Virus record (IMG/VR): IMGVR_UViG_3300048599_000752
Coordinates: 1 to 26,875 of that record
Origin: a virus
Taxonomy: Duplodnaviria > Caudoviricetes
Direction: 5' to 3' (one strand)
DNA: 26,875 bases
Made by a program: the position numbers and the translations under genes. The notes under the pieces are model-generated. The model was not told the origin of the DNA. It saw only the letters and a program-made list of their open reading frames with translations, and did no database searches. This document shows, in pieces, positions 24,842-26,875 of this stretch (its first letter is position 1; each line of letters begins with the position of its first letter).

Positions 24842-26875
24842 TCAGGTAAAGGTCACATAGCTCTTGATGAATCCGCTCCAGCCGATGCCGTCCCAGATCT
24901 TGAAGTAGATCGTCTTCTTGCCCTTGGTGCTCGTCCAGTGGAACACGAAGCTGTCCGGCGAGTCCTTCTCGTCAAACGGCGACGCCTTAGGATTGGTGTA
25001 GAACTGAACCTTAGTCACCGTGCTGGACGCGGTCACCGTGATGGTGGCCTGGGTGCCCGCGGGAACTTTGGTGGTGCTCACACTGATCGTCGGATTCGTG
25101 AAGGTCACCCTGACCGACTTGGACGAACTCCATCCGTAGCCGTCGTTGACCTGCGCGTAGACCGTCTTCTTGCCCGCGGTATTCTGCGGCCAGGCGAAGG
25201 TGCAGGTGCCGCCGGTCAGCGCCTTCGTTTCGATCACGTTCATGTTGGAGTCGAGCAGGCGGGCGGACGTGGCGGTCTTGGAACCGGTCACAGTGATCGT
25301 GGAAGCCGTGCCGCGCAGCGCGGTGGTCGCGGAGGCGGAGGCCACGTAGGGCATCGCGAAGGTGACGACCACGAGCTGCCGCTTTGAGTTCCAATCCAGG
25401 GCGTTGCCAGCCTGCGCGTAAACCTTGAGATTGCCGGCCGTATTGGGATCGTAGGTCAGCTTGAATACGCGGTACTTGCCGGACAGCGTATAGCTGGTCT
25501 GCAGGTCGACGAGGTCGTTGGAGGAATCAAACAGCCGCACGCGGGTCGTGCTGGTGGAGGCGTAGACGGTGACCGTGGCTGGCTCGCCGCGGTACTGGCG
25601 GGTGGCGGTCGCCTTGGAGATCGTCGCGCTGGATGCCGGGGCGACCACGGTGGCCTTGAGCGTCTTGTACTTTTTGCTCCACAGCGTATCCGGGCCGTTG
25701 ATGAGGCCTGCGTAGGCGCGGACGGTATACTTGCCGATGGACGGGAAACTGTAGTAGAGCTTGAACGTCCGGGTCTTTTTGGCGGGGTCTTCGGTATACG
25801 TGGAGCTGACGGCCAGCGGTTCACCCTTGCTGTCAGAAATGCGGGCCATGTCGGCATCCTGGTTGGTCGTGACCGTGAACTCCGTGGTGGTGCCGAGGGC
25901 GGCCGAACCGGCGGTTGCCTTTATGACGTAGACTTCGGTGGTAGTGCCGGGATCTTTGTGGATGGGCGCCTTGGAGACGAGCACCGTGTCGTTATAGTAA
26001 TTGCTGTGGTACTTGGAGTCCACGCCGCAGATGCGCACGGATATCCTGCCAGCGTAGGGGTAAGTGATTGTTACGATGTGTTCGTTGAAGCTTGCCAGGG
26101 TTCCGGCATAGGTGCTGGTGACCGTGCCGGTGCTGATCTGATGCCCGCGGGCGTCGGTGATGTACACGCCGGAAGCGATGTCGGTGGTCGTGTAGACCTT
26201 CACGATGGTCGCGACGCCGGCGGTCGCATCGTCAAACTGCACGCCCAAGAGGCTTAACGGCACGCTGCCCTTTTTCAGTATATTGGGCTTCATCGTTGTC
26301 AATATATTGAGAAACAGATTGTTGAGCGCCGGCTGGTCATGCACATACAGGTAATTCGTAAGCGCCGTCCACTGTGCGGACGTCAGCACTTCTTGAAGCG
26401 TATGGTTGATATCGATCGTATAGGTATACTTCTCCAAGAGCGCCCAGATGGTGTACAGCTTCTTGGTAAGCGACTCCGCCTGCGCCTCCGTGATATCCCC
26501 CAGAGTTTCTAGTGCGATGCCTGCCCAGTTATACCAGTTGGAAGGCGTGCGCCCCACACCACTGACCGCCGACATGACGTCATCCTTCGTATACGTTACC
26601 GTCGGGGCAGCCAAGCCCGCTAACGGAAACACGGTAATTAATAGCGTGATCGCCAGGATGCATGCCAGAAAACGCTTCATGAAACCTTCCACTCCTTCAC
26701 TGTCTATCCAACCCGAGGGGAGAACTGCAAAACGCTTCAGCAGAACCTTATCTTGCGTGAAGGGCAACTTGACCTCGCCTTCTGCGGAGATCAGCTGACC
26801 ATTGGAATCCATTTTGAGTGGCATCGGAACCGTGATTGGGTTGTCCGAGGTAATGGTCTCCCCGTCTTTAGTCAT
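24842..26875 (-). CDS. Secreted/surface protein with about five Ig-like beta-sandwich repeats; likely true start ATG 26680
   Basis: Signal peptide MKRFLACILAITLLITVFPLAGLA at 26680 after GAAGGAGTGGAAGG; Thr-rich 80-90 aa repeats, most ending W-S/N...VTF; frame stays open to the window edge. Confidence 0.8.
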   Translation of the reverse strand: MTKDGETITSDNPITVPMPLKMDSNGQLISAEGEVKLPFTQDKVLLKRFAVLPSGWIDSEGVEGFMKRFLACILAITLLITVFPLAGLAAPTVTYTKDDVMSAVSGVGRTPSNWYNWAGIALETLGDITEAQAESLTKKLYTIWALLEKYTYTIDINHTLQEVLTSAQWTALTNYLYVHDQPALNNLFLNILTTMKPNILKKGSVPLSLLGVQFDDATAGVATIVKVYTTTDIASGVYITDARGHQISTGTVTSTYAGTLASFNEHIVTITYPYAGRISVRICGVDSKYHSNYYNDTVLVSKAPIHKDPGTTTEVYVIKATAGSAALGTTTEFTVTTNQDADMARISDSKGEPLAVSSTYTEDPAKKTRTFKLYYSFPSIGKYTVRAYAGLINGPDTLWSKKYKTLKATVVAPASSATISKATATRQYRGEPATVTVYASTSTTRVRLFDSSNDLVDLQTSYTLSGKYRVFKLTYDPNTAGNLKVYAQAGNALDWNSKRQLVVVTFAMPYVASASATTALRGTASTITVTGSKTATSARLLDSNMNVIETKALTGGTCTFAWPQNTAGKKTVYAQVNDGYGWSSSKSVRVTFTNPTISVSTTKVPAGTQATITVTASSTVTKVQFYTNPKASPFDEKDSPDSFVFHWTSTKGKKTIYFKIWDGIGWSGFIKSYVTFT

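Overview
The window holds two adjacent integrated elements, probably in a high-GC Bacillota (Clostridia-like) host. (1) 1-19509 is the late half of an HK97-type prophage: PLD-like nuclease gene, terS, terL with a class-3 LAGLIDADG intein in its Walker A motif, portal, MuF-like minor head domain, prohead protease, major capsid, three head-tail joining genes, a tail-tip/receptor-binding gene, a four-domain endolysin, holin and an AT-rich NACHT NTPase. It ends at a tRNA-Ala 3' fragment (att). (2) From 19510 is a second element in tandem at the same att: tyrosine integrase, excisionase, DUF3987-like protein and secreted cargo. Most unusual observations: (a) the packaging module is broken by three antisense cargo genes, each bracketed by a diverged direct duplication of the neighbouring phage gene ends, with a fourth such scar after the holin; (b) a C-CCU-UUC slippery heptamer plus hairpin at the portal end would fuse portal to a MuF-like domain that lacks a good start; (c) tail tube, chaperone, tape-measure and baseplate genes are absent. 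All family assignments come from motif recognition by eye, not database searches.
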